A DNA stretch of 63,843 nucleotides, filler included, from Chiloscyllium plagiosum (taxonomy: Eukaryota), in NCBI RefSeq assembly GCF_004010195.1. It is 4 parts of one record of this genome, joined end to end, with 100 filler letters (N's around TTAATTAATTAA, not from the genome) between each part and the next. Parts side by side here need not be neighbours in the genome. Positions count along the whole stretch, not along the records: positions 24,285 to 45,456 come from NC_057714.1; positions 45,557 to 60,921 come from NC_057714.1; 2 more parts are not named here. One strand, written 5' to 3'. The position numbers and the translations under genes are program-made. This document shows, piece after piece, positions 37,935-50,665 of the stretch. The first letter of the stretch is position 1; every line of letters begins with the position of its first letter. The notes beneath the pieces were generated by a model. The model searched no databases. It was not told the DNA's origin and saw only the letters and a program-made list of their open reading frames with translations.

Positions 37935-38295
37935 TTTTTATTATTCACTGGCTGGCCAGCATTTATTGCCCGTCCCAACTGCCCTGAAACTGAGTGGCTT
38001 GCTAGGCCATTTCAGAGGGCAGTTGAGGGTGAACTACATTGCTGTGGGACTAGTGTCACATGTAGGCCAGACCAGGTAAAGAAGGCAGATTTCCTTCCCT
38101 GAAGGGCATTAGTGAGACAGATGGGTTTTTCCAATGATCGGCAATGGTTTCATGGTCATCAGTAGATTCTTAATTCCAGATTTTGTTTAAATTGAATTCA
38201 AACTCCCCTGTCTGTCATGGCAGGATTTGAACCCCAGTCCCAAGAGCATTAGCGGAGTTTCTGGACAAATGATGCAGTGATAATACCATTAGGAA
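37935..38295 (-). mobile_element. tRNA-derived SINE family 2
   Basis: Reverse complement of the 8255-8700 element. Confidence 0.8.
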
Positions 38296-40794
38296 GGATA
38301 ATAATAATAAAATAATACAGAAGGGCAAGATGAACTGTTCCCCTCAGTCCTCATCCTCGAAACTTCTTCCATCAGAACCTCCAGTACCATATTTGTGAAC
38401 CTCTCTCCGGGTGTACTAGCCACTGTCGCTGTGTGCAGCCAACCCAGTCTACACTGTCACTGGGAGTGGTCGGGTGCAGCATCTATATACTCCCCACGAG
38501 AATTGAGTCTGCTCAGCACTCAACTGTGAAACTTGCTGATGTTTCTGTTTCACCACTTCCAGGCAAATTCAAGTTAAGTCGGACAGAAACTGTTGTCTGA
38601 ATCCAAGCTTTTAAACAGGCCCACCTTACTGGCACAGAGCTAATTTAACATCTGCTTTCAGTGTTCCCTCAAAATTATCCCTGATAAATCTTGGCCAACT
38701 CACCTTAGTCTATTAGCAGCAGTGAAGTGAAACCATGCTATTCCACTGTCGCGTCTGAAGAATGTGTGATGGGCTGTGTGAGTTTACTCTGTATCATATC
38801 AATCCTGTGATTCTGTGATGGGAAGGCTAGTGTTTATTTTTAATAGTGAATTTGTAGTGAGAGATCAACAGCAACTTGCAGGCTCGCAGATCTTTCTCCC
38901 TTTAAAAGGTTTCCACCAAACATTGTTTCTTTCTGGGGGGTGGGGGTAGGATGAAGCCAGACTTTTAGCAGTAATAGGGATGGGCGGGTCAAAGGGTCAG
39001 AATATTCACTTCCATTTATTGGGGCATTGGTCCACACAAGACAATAGTTCCATAAGATATGGGAGCAGAATTAGGCCATTTGGCCCACTGAATCTGCTTC
39101 ATTTGATGAAATCATGAGCATTAGGTCATCAAGACCTCACATTCCCACCCTACGCCATACTAGCCCAAAGCTCGCTCATACCTTCTATGCCCAGCATATC
39201 CTTCATGTCTCTCAATGCGCTCTCATAGCCCCCACACTCTCTTGATGCCTCCCGTGGCCTTTATATCGACCATGCCCACACCACTTTGCCATGTATCATC
39301 AATAACCAACTGCCCACCATCCACAATGGGCAGACCTCAAAAATCTGGAGTGAAGGGCCAGTGAGGGCTGAAGGCTAGATGCCAGTGTGGACTGGGTTTG
39401 AAGGTATTTGGTTCTGAACTTTTTATTTCTCTATTTTCTAATTTATTCCTCTTATCTATAATGCTGGATGTTTTACTTTTAATTTTTCTTTTTTTGGGTC
39501 AAAGAATTTGTACTGAAGAATGTGTACCTAGGTACCTTTGTACCTCAGATGGCGCTATAAGTGGTGACTTGTGACCTTTTCACTGTACCCATGTGAGTAC
39601 ACATGGCAATAAAGCTAATTCATAATTCACAAATTTCTATCAAGATAATGGGTAGTCGCATTTCAGAATAAAACATTCAAGGAAGCCATACAAAAATGTT
39701 AAAGTTCCTCAGGTCCCTCATCTGTTGTAAAAACAATCACTTGGTAATCACAGCAAAAACAGACAATACATTAATAATCTCAAAATTGTCAATCAAACTA
39801 TTTACACACAATCCCCTGCTGAGATAATTTACACAGTATTGGTTATGTAGCTTTTAAAATTCAAATAGTCACAATTACCCATCTACCAATTTAAATGCAA
39901 ACAATGCGGTGAATTAAAACTGCAAAAAAAATTGGTGGCTATTTTTCGGGCATGTCAACTGAAACAGTCTAAGAGCAGACATGTTTTTCTTTCTGAAAAT
40001 GAAAGATACAAAACAATTTTGTTTTTAATAAAAGGCACTTTGGGCAGATAAATTAATCCAGATATGACAGTAGAATTTCGAAGCAGTATTTGCTGTGGTT
40101 TTAATTATGTGATAGAATTTTCCAATGGATGAAGTACTCCAATGTATCTCAACATCTCAATGTAAGGGTCAAATTACCCTGCTCAAGACAGGATGTGAAA
40201 AGCCACTCCTGCAGTAAATATACATGTAATAATCATTTACAACATTACCATTGAAACAGAAAGGGACATTATTTCAAATTAAAGAATTCCAGGAGCAAGA
40301 GGTTGTTTTTTCTCAAGGTTGCACTTGGGGTATTTGTTTTGCTGTGGTTCACAGTTGATCTGAGAACCTGTGACAACGGACTCTTCGAGAAAAAGCCAAA
40401 TTCCAAACTAACTGTTGGTAAGTTTAAAACATTTACATTCTGCAATGGAGTCAGCAAGAAAAGGGGTGTGATCTAACTTCTTGCATCGTTATAGTTGGCA
40501 GGGAAAAACCATTAGAAATGGGAATTGGGTGGAAATGCCAGAATCAGGCCCCACCATCTTGTTTTAAACATTTCTTAAACAGGCCTGACACGTGATGAAA
40601 ATTCCATCCGAAAAGAGTTGGTGACCTGATGAAAACAAATAAGATAACTAAGTTGCACTCATACCACATCCCACGTAACCTAAGGATGTGCCAAACCACT
40701 TTTAAAGGGCAGTTATTGTTGAAATGTAGCAAAGTGCAGCAATGAATTTGTGCACAGCAATATCAGCTATTAAATAATTGATCAGATTATGTGA

Positions 40795-41085
40795 ACAAAG
40801 GAGATATAGTGAGTAAGTTTGTAGATGACACCAAAAAGGCTCATTCCATACATGCAGAGGGTGGTATGTGTATGGAATGAGCTGCCAGAGGAAGTGGTGG
40901 AGGCTGGTACAATTACACATTTAAAAGCCACCTGGGTGGAGATATGAATAGGAAGCGTTTAGAGGACATGGGCCGAATGCTGGCAAATGTGACTAGATTA
41001 ATTTAAGATATCTGGTCGGCGCGGACATGTTGGACCAAAGGATCTGTTTCTGTGCTGTACATCTCTATGACTCTATGGCTCTATT
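40795..41085 (+). mobile_element. CR1 3' fragment inserted in a minus-strand Deu-domain SINE
   Basis: CR1 tail with (CTCTATGA)n; SINE pieces at ~40690-40790 and ~41090-41130. Confidence 0.8.
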
Positions 41086-42689
41086 ATCTGTGTTAATCAG
41101 GGGTAAATGTTGGCCAGGACACTGGGAGGATGCTTTCAAAGGTTCCTTTCAATAATGATGCAGTATGATGTGGATAAGGCATGTAATTCAAATACACTGA
41201 TATCATTTCACATCCTTCACTTGGTAAACAGAGCAGCCATTACAGGATCAAACTGTGAGATGTGAATGGGACCAATCGAGCTAGGAGGATGTAACAGGGA
41301 GCCTGTATGATTTAACTCATTTCACTCTCATGGCAATGCTGTATTTCCCCCCAGGGAGGGGTTTCGCATTAAACATTTTGGGGTTGTGGTCAATGTTATG
41401 CTCCTAAACATTACCAGACATGAACCGTCTGTTCTCAGCAACCCTCAAACCTTTACCATGGGAAGGGTCATGTTCGTCACGTTGTTACAGCAGTCAATTA
41501 GTAAGAAATTGATTCCCACCAACCATGTATAGATTGTTGTTGGTTTAACTTTACACACTCCCATTATGTATTCTGGAAGGCTATGAGACTAACGTCACAT
41601 CCCAGTTGATGTGCAACATATTTGATGCCCTCATGCATGATAACTTCAATTTGTCTGGAATAATTGACACTCTAAATGACTCCTGTACTGATTGCAAGCA
41701 AAGTGTGAAGCTAAGGCACTTAATCAAGTCAGGAATTGTGTAAGGCTGAGCAAACTCTAGACTAATGGAGATACCGCTAAGACTGATTTTATTTCTTATA
41801 CAGTTTATTATAATGTAGAGAAAAAAAAACTCATTTTTTTTTCTGCCAGTGTGCTGGGGGAGATCATTTGTGGTGCCTATTAATATTTTAAAACCAGTTT
41901 TTGTGTTTGGCACCAGTGGGAGAAACTCTTCTGTTATGTGACACCAACATCATAAGCAATCATCTCAATGTGCCGCTAAAGCCCCAGACAGATGTCAATT
42001 CGACAGGGTCACTGCCTATTGAACCAGGTAACTCAGTAATTCCTTGACTTTGTCAAACTCAAGGGCACAAACACTAAATGATCATTCCCTAACTACGTTT
42101 CTCGATTGTTTGGATCACATCAATTACAGAATAACAGCATAATAGAACAGCATTGCACAGGAGGAGGTCATTCAGTCCATTGAGTCCTTAAGATTTCTTT
42201 CAAGGAGCAATCTAGATATTCACTTTTGCTTGCTTGACATCCAAACTCCTGCAATTTCTTTCTTCTTCATGAATGAATCTACTGCCCTTCCGATGGCTCC
42301 AATTGAACCTGCAGCCACAATTCTATCAGATAATACTTTCTGAATCCTAAGCTGAATGCATTTTCTCTGTGTTGTGTCTGCCAATCGCTGTGCACTCTGG
42401 TTATTATAAAGTGTTTTTTTTAACTCTCACTTTAGCTGGCTAAACTCTTTATAATGTTTCACACTCTTTACTGTCTCTGCTTCAAGGTTTGTTCAGTCTG
42501 CCCAGCTAATTGTAATCCTTTATCCTTGGGAACTGATCCCTGTGGATCATTGCAGCCTCCTCAAGCCCTGATGTCCTTTCTGAAGTGCGGCACCTAGATT
42601 TTGACAAAATATTCTAAACATGTCAATGTATTTTCCTGTAGGTAGGACATAAAACAGTAAATGCACAAGATGTATCTTCTACGAACAGT

Positions 42690-43188
42690 AAAGACACACA
42701 CGCACACACACACACACACACACAAGTTTGCGGGGTGAATTTGAACTTGCAGAATTACATTTTATTTTGCTCAAAAACTGCATGAATCCATGTACGATTC
42801 TGTAAATCCCCTTTTTAGATTAAAATCAGTCTGAACATTGGGGCACAGACAGCCTCACACAGGGCACCTCACACTTTCAATGCATTATCTGGCCAACATG
42901 GCACTTGTTAAAAGTTCACTTGAGAATGTAACTTTAAAAAAGTTCTGGGATTTACATATGAAAGAACTGAAGCCAACACGCCTACTCTAAAAGATGAGAG
43001 ACTTAAACATTCCAGGTCTTTGTCAATATATAATTTCAGTTACATCACACTGTAAACTTTTGCTATAAATTCTGTGTCCTACAATCATATACTCCACAAC
43101 CACCTGGTGAAGGAGCAGTGCTCTGAATGCTCGTGCTTCCATATAAACCTGTTGGACTATAACCTGGTGTTGTGTGATTTTTAATTTC
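42690..43188 (+). mobile_element. Penelope-like 3' UTR beginning at (CA)n and ending in a GGAGC-family hammerhead relic
   Basis: CAC-CTGGTGA-AGGAGCAGTGCTCT-GAATGCTC-GTG at ~43101-43135, then AAACCTGTTGGACTATAACCTGGTG. Confidence 0.65.
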
Positions 43189-43189
43189 C

Positions 43190-43965
43190 TATAGGAGGGA
43201 GATCAGAAATGCACGCAGCATTCCTAACCAATGTCCTGTACAACCGCAACATGACCTCTCAACTCCTATACTCAATGCTCCGACCACCACAGCATATCAA
43301 ATGCTTTCTTCACTCTTCCATTGACCTGCGACTTGACTCTCAAGAAACTGTGTACCTCCACTCCAAGGTCTCTTGGTTCAGCAACAGTTCCCACAGCACC
43401 TTACCATGACATGCATAAGCCCTGCCCTGATTTGCCTTTCCAAAACGCAGCACCTCACATTTATCTAAATTAAACTCCATTTGCCATTCTTTGGCCTATT
43501 AGCCCATCTTGTTTTACAAGGATGCTACAGAGACTGGAGATGTGGACCTATAAAGACAGGCTGGATAGGCTGGGACATTTTTTGCTGGAGTGTAAGAGAT
43601 GAGACATGACCTGATAGAGTTTTACAAAATTATGAGGGGCATAGATAAGGTGAATAGCAACGGTCTTTTCCCGAGGGTAGGAGAGTTCAAAACTAAAGAG
43701 CATATTTATAAAGTGAGATGAGAAAGATTTGAAAGGGACCTGAGAGGCAATTTATTCACAGTTCATCTGTGGAATGAACTGCCAGAGGAAGTGGTAGATG
43801 TAGGTACAGTTATAACATTTCAAAGGCATTTAAACAGGCGCATAAATAGGAAAGGTTTTGAGGGATATGGGCCAAATGCAGCCAAATGGGTCTAGTTTAG
43901 TTTGGGAATAATGGTCGGTGTAGATGAGCTGGACCGAAACGTCTAGTTCCGTGCTACGTGAATCT
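43190..43965. mobile_element. CR1 fragments joined in opposite orientation (- 43190-43510, + 43511-43965)
   Basis: Minus-strand RT segment abuts plus-strand 3' end. Confidence 0.85.
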
Positions 43966-44517
43966 ATTAATCTAAAAGAGCCAGTTAAAAGAACTTTGCT
44001 GGAAAACATGGCAAAACTGTTTGCAGAAGATAGAAAAGATGGCTGTGAAATGATAGTGATGTGGATAGCTGTCGAGGACCAAAGATGAGGTGGGGTCACG
44101 TGTTCTAAAAATGGCAAATGGAATTCAAGCTGCAGAAGAGATATTGCTTTCAGGGACAGCAAACAAGGTAAAGATACACACTATAAATAACTGGATATTA
44201 AGAAGTGGAGGAACAGCTTTAGCCTGGACAACATGTTCACATGATCCTGAGGCGGCAGTGCAAGTGGATAAAGGTGCAATGAAAGCACAATGTCCTTTCG
44301 AAGCTGAGACATATAATACAGAAAGAGGTATGATAAAAATGAGCAGAAAACTAGTGAGGCCAGAGCTGGAATTCTGCACACATTGCATGTGTTCTAATCA
44401 CACATTGCTGTGTAAACACACCAGAAAACAACTGGAGGAGCTTTGGAAACTCTTTTCCAGGTCTGTAGGAGGAAGAATTTTCAATAAATTGGTTACAAGG
44501 TCAGGATATGGAGGAGG

Positions 44518-45759
44518 TAATCCTCTTGCAAGGATACCTGCCTCGAAGAAGTTTTCCTCCTCTCTCTACAAGAATCTCAGGGAGTCCCTCTCCCACTGCA
44601 ACTCCCAGGTCAATTACTCTGCCTTGAAGCTCTTCAACCATGTCCTGAAACAAACCCGCTACCACAGCCACATTTGCTTCCTCAGTGCCTGCCTCCATAA
44701 CCAACTCATCCCACGGACTCCGGACCACCTTTAAACCAGCAGAGTTCGGACCCGAACAGGACAAACAGTACAGACTACAGAATCAAAATCACCAGCAACA
44801 GTTCGCCTTCAAGATCCTCCACTCCACGCTTGCAGCAATGCGCCGGCACCAAACCTCTCTACAGTCAGCCCTGCCTCAGCTGAGGGCCACACTCTCTCAG
44901 AATTGCAAAGGACCCACTCTGTACTACATCCTCAGGAGAATTCATACTCTCAACAAACAGTATTTCAATTCTATCTCAAACATCAAAAACTGTAAGTACA
45001 ACAAACTTTTATCTACCCACCTCCATAACCAGCGCTCCTCAAACATTCCAGAAGATTCCCCCAGCCTCTGGAACTGCTCGGACGCCATTAGCCATGCGGC
45101 TGGTGCAGCTGCCACTGCCACGCTGATTGACGATGTCACTTCCGCTCCCATCATGTCCACTCCCACAACCACTTCCGCCCCTCACAATTCCTCATGCATC
45201 ACAGGTGACATCACTTCCGCCCCTCACATCATCGCTGATGCCACATGCTCAGTGACTTCCGCCACCCCTACTGCCGTGGTCACCCCACTTCCGCCCCCCA
45301 CCAGCGCCACTCACCTGCATTCTGCTGACACACCCCCCACAGACCCCACTGTCACTATCCCCACCCCCCAGAACCCCGAGGGGAACACTACCCCTGCTCA
45401 TGACTCTACCCCCATTCCCCCCACCATCACACCCACTCCAGGTACTGGCTCCGACCNNNNNNNNNNNNNNNNNNNNNNNNNNNNNNNNNNNNNNNNNNNN
45501 TTAATTAATTAANNNNNNNNNNNNNNNNNNNNNNNNNNNNNNNNNNNNNNNNNNNNTATCACCTTCATCCCCTCCCCCACTCACCTATTGTACTCTATGC
45601 TACTTTCTCCCCACGCCCACCCTCCTCTAGTTTATCTCTCCACGCTTCAGGCTCTCTGCCTTTATTCCTGATGAAGGGCTTTTGCCTGAAACGTCGATTT
45701 TACTGCTCCTTGGATGCTGCCTGAACTGCTGTGCTCTTCCTGCACCACTAATCCAGAAA
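44518..45759 (+). mobile_element. Penelope-like element, probably near full length, middle lost in an assembly gap
   Basis: 16-bp TSD CAGGATATGGAGGAGG at 44502-44517 and 45760-45775; N-terminal ORF (YHSHICFLSACL..., then a Thr/Pro-rich linker); pLTR with hammerhead at 45668-45695. Confidence 0.85.
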
Positions 45760-46360
45760 CAGGATATGGAGGAGGCCATTTGGGATTCAGATGAGAAAAC
45801 AATGCTTTACTTTCAAATGTGTGATAACGGGTGTTCAGAGACATTATGTTCTGTTCGAGTGAAGGATAAGGTTGTGTAACACAGTGTCTGCCAATAGCAC
45901 ACACCTTCTTCTGAGTGCAGTGACTCCAATAGTGAGCTGCCTACTGACTCCCAGAACGTCTTCCCGAGTTCTCACAACACAGAGAGATCCAGCCATTTAT
46001 AACTTCTCGCTGAGTCTCCAACCACATAGACTCAGTATACTTCTTTCAGTGAGACAGTTTAAGTTTTATTTTTCTGCACGGATATTGCTTTTGTCTCCTG
46101 AGGCTTAGCAAGCCCTCAACTATGCAAAGCTATTACACTGCTCGAGGACTTCCCTGACTATTACAATTACACAGAACCCATGTCATTCAGTTGCCTTCAG
46201 CAGCACAGCTAACAGCATCACTGACCACCAAGGATCCTGTTCTTGTCTATGTCTCCAACTAACTGAACCTGGAAATGCTTTTCAGTGACTCTGGAACTGC
46301 TCTGAGTGATCTTTCAACAAACCTGGTCATTTCTTGCTCGGCAGGATTGTGTATATTTAA

Positions 46361-48289
46361 CTAAGATCGAGAGTGTGGTGCTGCAAAAGCACAGCAGGTC
46401 AGGCAGCAACCGAGGAGCAGGATTGTCTCAGCCTGCTCCTGTCCCACTGAACTCATCTCTGCCCACCTTGACACTGTCCTGTCCCCCTTAGTCCAGGATC
46501 TCCCCACCTATGTTTAAGACACCACTCATGCTCCCCACCTCCTCCATGACTTTCATTTCCCTGGCCCCCAAAGCCGCATCTTCACTATGGTCATCCAGTC
46601 CCTGTACACATCCATCCGCCATTGAAGGCCTCCAAGCCCTCTGTATCTTCACTGTCCGATCCAGTACCCTTCCACTCACACCCTCAACTGCCTGACTGAA
46701 TTGGTCCTCACCCTTAATAACTTCTCCTTCCAATCCTCCCACTCCCTCCAAACCAAAGGGATAGTCATGGACACTCGCATGGGCCCAGCTATGCCTACCT
46801 CTTTGTCGGGTATGTGGAACAGTACATCTTCGGTAGCTACACCGACACCACTCCCCACCTGTTCCTCTGCTACATCGATTACTGTATTGGCGCTACTGCG
46901 TGCTCCCACAAGGAGGTTGAACAGTTCATCAACCTCACTAGGATCTTCCACCCCGACCTCAAATTCAACTGGACCATCTGAGACACCTCCCTCCCCTTTC
47001 TGGACCTCTCCAGCTCTAACTCCATCTCCAGCGACCAACTAACCACAGACATCTGTTACAAGCACAGCGACTCCCACAGCTACCTAGAGTATACCTAGTA
47101 CCTCCCACCCTACCTTCTGTAAAACGCCATCTCTTACTCTCAATTCCTCCAGCTCCACTGCACCTGTTCCTGAATGACCAATTCCACCTTAGGAAATCCC
47201 AGTTGGCCCCCTTCCAAGATCGCAATTTCCCTTCCCACATGGTTGACAATGCCCTCCAGCGCATCTCCTCCGCTTCCCACACTTCCGCTTTTGAATCCCA
47301 CCCATCCCAACGCAATAAGGACAGAACCCCTTGTCCTCACCATCCACCCTACCAACCTCTGGATACATTGCATCATCCTCTACCATTTACACCACCTACA
47401 AACGGACCCCACCACCAGAGATATACTTGATATACTTTCCTCCCCACCCATCAGCATTCCAGAGAGATCATTCCCTCTGCGACTACCTCAGCAGATCCAC
47501 GCTCCCCCCTCCCCCACCCCCATTATCCCACATCCCACTCCTGGCACCTTCCTCTGCCACCACAGGAAGTGCAAAACCTGCATCCACACCTCCCCATCAT
47601 AACAGTCCAAGGTTCCACAGGTTCTTTCCACATCTGACAGAAACTTACCTGTATCTCCACCAATGTCATCTACTGTATCTGTTGCACTCAATGTGGTCTT
47701 CTGTACATTGGGGAGACAGGACACCAACTTGCGGATCAGTTCAGAGAACATCTCTGGGACACCCGCACCAACCAACCCCACCGCCCCGTGACTGAACAGT
47801 TCAATTCCCCCTCCCACTCCGCCAAGGACATGCAAGTCCTGGGCATCCTCCATAACCAAATCCTTACCACCTGAGACCTCGAAGAAGAGTGCCTCATATT
47901 CCACCTTGGGACCCTGCAACCACACAATATAAATGTGGATTTCACCAGTTTCCTCATTTCCGCTCCCCCCACCTTATCCAAACTTCCAACTCGGCACTGC
48001 CCTCTTGACCTGTCCATCACCTTTCCCATCTATCTGCTCCACCCTCCTCTCCGACCTATCACCTTCTCCCCACCTTCATCAACCTACTGCATTCTCAACT
48101 ACCTTCTCCCCAACCCCAACCCCTCCCATTTATCGCTCAAATCCCCGGCCCATAAGCCTCATTCCTGATGAAGGGGTCTTGCCCAAAATGTCAATTCTCC
48201 TGCTCCTCGGATGCTGCCTGATCTGCTGTGCTTTTTCCAGCACCACACTCTCGACTCTGTTCTCCAGCATCTGCAGTCCTCACTTCTCC
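46361..48289 (+). mobile_element. Penelope-like element, 5'-truncated (decayed RT and GIY-YIG) with inverted 5' pLTR piece
   Basis: LVLTLNNFSF..QTKGIVMDTRMGP RT motif; NVIYCICCTQCGLLYIGET GIY-YIG motif at ~47660-47720; TSD TATATTTAA at 46352-46360 and 48290-48298. Confidence 0.92.
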
Positions 48290-48371
48290 TATATTTAATT
48301 ATGTAATAGTCAAATATAGCAAACCCCTAGAACTCTTCTTTGAATGTTACAATGTTAGAAAAAAGGAAATT

Positions 48372-48768
48372 GCGGGGGGGGACCTGATTGAAGTTTACAA
48401 AATCATGAAGGGTATAGACAGGGTGGATAGAAACAAGCTTTTTCCCAGGGTTTTTCCAGGATGAAGGATTCAATAATGAGAGGTCATGCTTTCAAGGTGA
48501 GAGGTGGAAAGTTTAAGGGGGATACATGTGGCAAGTACTTCACACAGAGGGTGGTGGGAGTTTGGAACGCGTTGCCAGCAGAGGTGGTAGAGACAGGCAC
48601 GGTAGATTCATTTAAGATGCGTCCGGACAGATGCATGAGTAGGTGGGGAGCGGAGGGATACAAATGCTTAGGAATTGACCGTCAGGTTTAGACAGTACAT
48701 TTGGATCAGCTCAGGCTTGAAGGGCCGAAGGGCCTGTTCCTGGGCTGTAAATTTTCTTTGTTCTTTGT
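48372..48768 (+). mobile_element. CR1 LINE 3' fragment
   Basis: GDLIEVYKIMKGIDRV, FTQRVVGVWNALP. Confidence 0.93.
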
Positions 48769-49699
48769 GACCGTTTTCAAAGCACAATAGTTTTCAGCAG
48801 AAATTGCATTCAAGAAAAAAGAGCAGGAATTTGTGAAAATGGAAACATTCATGTTTTTGAACCAGATTCTTCATTCTTACTCCAAGTGAGTGATAATTCT
48901 AATTGGACGTGAAATGATACAGGGGCCTTCTTGTGGTTCAGTGGTAGTGTCCCTACCTCTGGAATGGGAGGTCACATTCGTTCCCAACTGCTCCAAAGAT
49001 GTGCAATGACATCTCTCAACACGTTGATTAGGAAAAGAAAGATGGATCTTTGGCAAATTGAGAATGTAAAGAAGTAGAAAGAGGCCATTCAGCCCATTGA
49101 GTCTTGACTGCTTCTTTCATAGATTTATCCATTTAGTCCTAATAGATGGGCCTACAATTTACCAGTGAGTTAACCATCAAAGTCTATTAATTATCATTGT
49201 TTTATTACACTGTAATTTGCATGTTTTGCACTTCTTATGCACTTTCTGCTGCCCTTTGTATGATCGTGTAATTTGTGCTGTCCATGTGCTGTACCTTGGT
49301 CCTGGAGGAACGCTGTCTTGTTTTTTTTTACTGTATCAGTTATATATGATAGAAATGACATATAAAGTCTACTCTATTCTACTCTAATCTACCTCCCTTA
49401 CTTGGGAAGGGTCAGAGAGTTGCCAGTCACACCTTGTTATGCATCACTGTGTTTTTTCTTTCGGTTTTAAAGCTTATTTCTACCTTTACAGACGACAATA
49501 GTTCAAGAAGAGAGAAGAGAAAGAGAAGAGAAACATCTACACAAAATAACTATAACTTGAGGTGCCTTTTTTCAACATTGTTCATTCACAGGAAGCGACC
49601 TGCCATATGGTCCATCCCCTTTGAGAAGGCGCTGGCTGAGCACTTTCTTGACCTGCTTCTGCCAGCGTTCTGAAAATATTCCTGCAGTGCTGTTATTGA

Positions 49700-50400
49700 G
49701 TCAGAGAGATGTACAGCACAGGAAAAAAAGGCTCTTTGGCCCACCAAGTCTGCACTGGTCAAAAACAACCATTGAACTATTGTAATCCTCGTTTCCTGCA
49801 CTTGACCCATAGCCTTGTGTTCCATGGCATTGCGAGTGCCCATCTATGTTAAATGTGATGAGGGTTTGCTTCTATCAGCAACACAGGCAGTGAATTTCAG
49901 ATTCCTTGCACCTTCTGGCGAAAAGAAATTCTTCACTTCCCCTCCAAACCACCTGCCCCTTCACCTTAAATCAATGCCCCCCTGGTCATTGCTTCCCTGC
50001 ACCATGGGGAAATGTTTCTACCTTCTAAATGTTTATGCCTGCCATAACTTTCAATGTCTCAGTCATGTGCCTCTTTAGTCTCCTCTGCTCTAAGGAAACT
50101 AACCCCAATCTGTCCAATCTCTCTTCATAACTAAAACTCTCCAGACCAGGCAACATCCTGGTAAATCTCATCCATACCCTCTCCAGTGCTGTCACATTCC
50201 TCCAATATTGTGGATTTCATAACTGCAAACTATACTCTAGCCTAAAGGTTTGTACAATTTCAGCTCAACCATCCTTTCTTAATTTAAATGCCGCAGCTAA
50301 GAAGCGCATACGTATCATATGCCTTTTTAACCATTTGATCGACCTGTCACACTGTCTTAAGGGACCAGTGCACAGGCACGCCAATAGCCCTCTGACACTC
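49700..50400 (-). mobile_element. Old CR1 LINE 3' fragment
   Basis: Reverse-complement CR1 tail and C-terminal ORF2 region. Confidence 0.8.
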
Positions 50401-50416
50401 GGTACTTCCTACTGTG

Positions 50417-50665
50417 GAGGAGAAAGTGAGGACTGCAGATACTGGAGATCAGAGCTGAAAATGTTTTGCTGGAAAAGCGCAGCAGGTCAGGCAGCATCCA
50501 AGGAGCAGGAGAATCGACGTTTCGGGCATGAGCCCTTCTTCAGGAATGAAGAAGGGGTCATTCCTCATTCCTCATTCCTGAAGAAGGGCTCATGGCTGAA
50601 CATCGATTCTCCTGCTCCTTGGATGCTGCCTGACCTGCTGTGCTTTTCCAGCAACACATTTTCAG
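50417..50665. mobile_element. Inverted pair of Penelope pLTRs with an intact minus-strand hammerhead core
   Basis: 12-bp TSD CTTCCTACTGTG at 50405-50416 and 50666-50677; minus strand CTGAAGA-A-GGGC-TCAT-GCCC-GAAACGTC. Confidence 0.9.

Noticed and set aside
44090..44734. 214-aa ORF as a host gene
   Set aside because: Chance read-through from an old CR1 fragment into the Penelope 5' ORF
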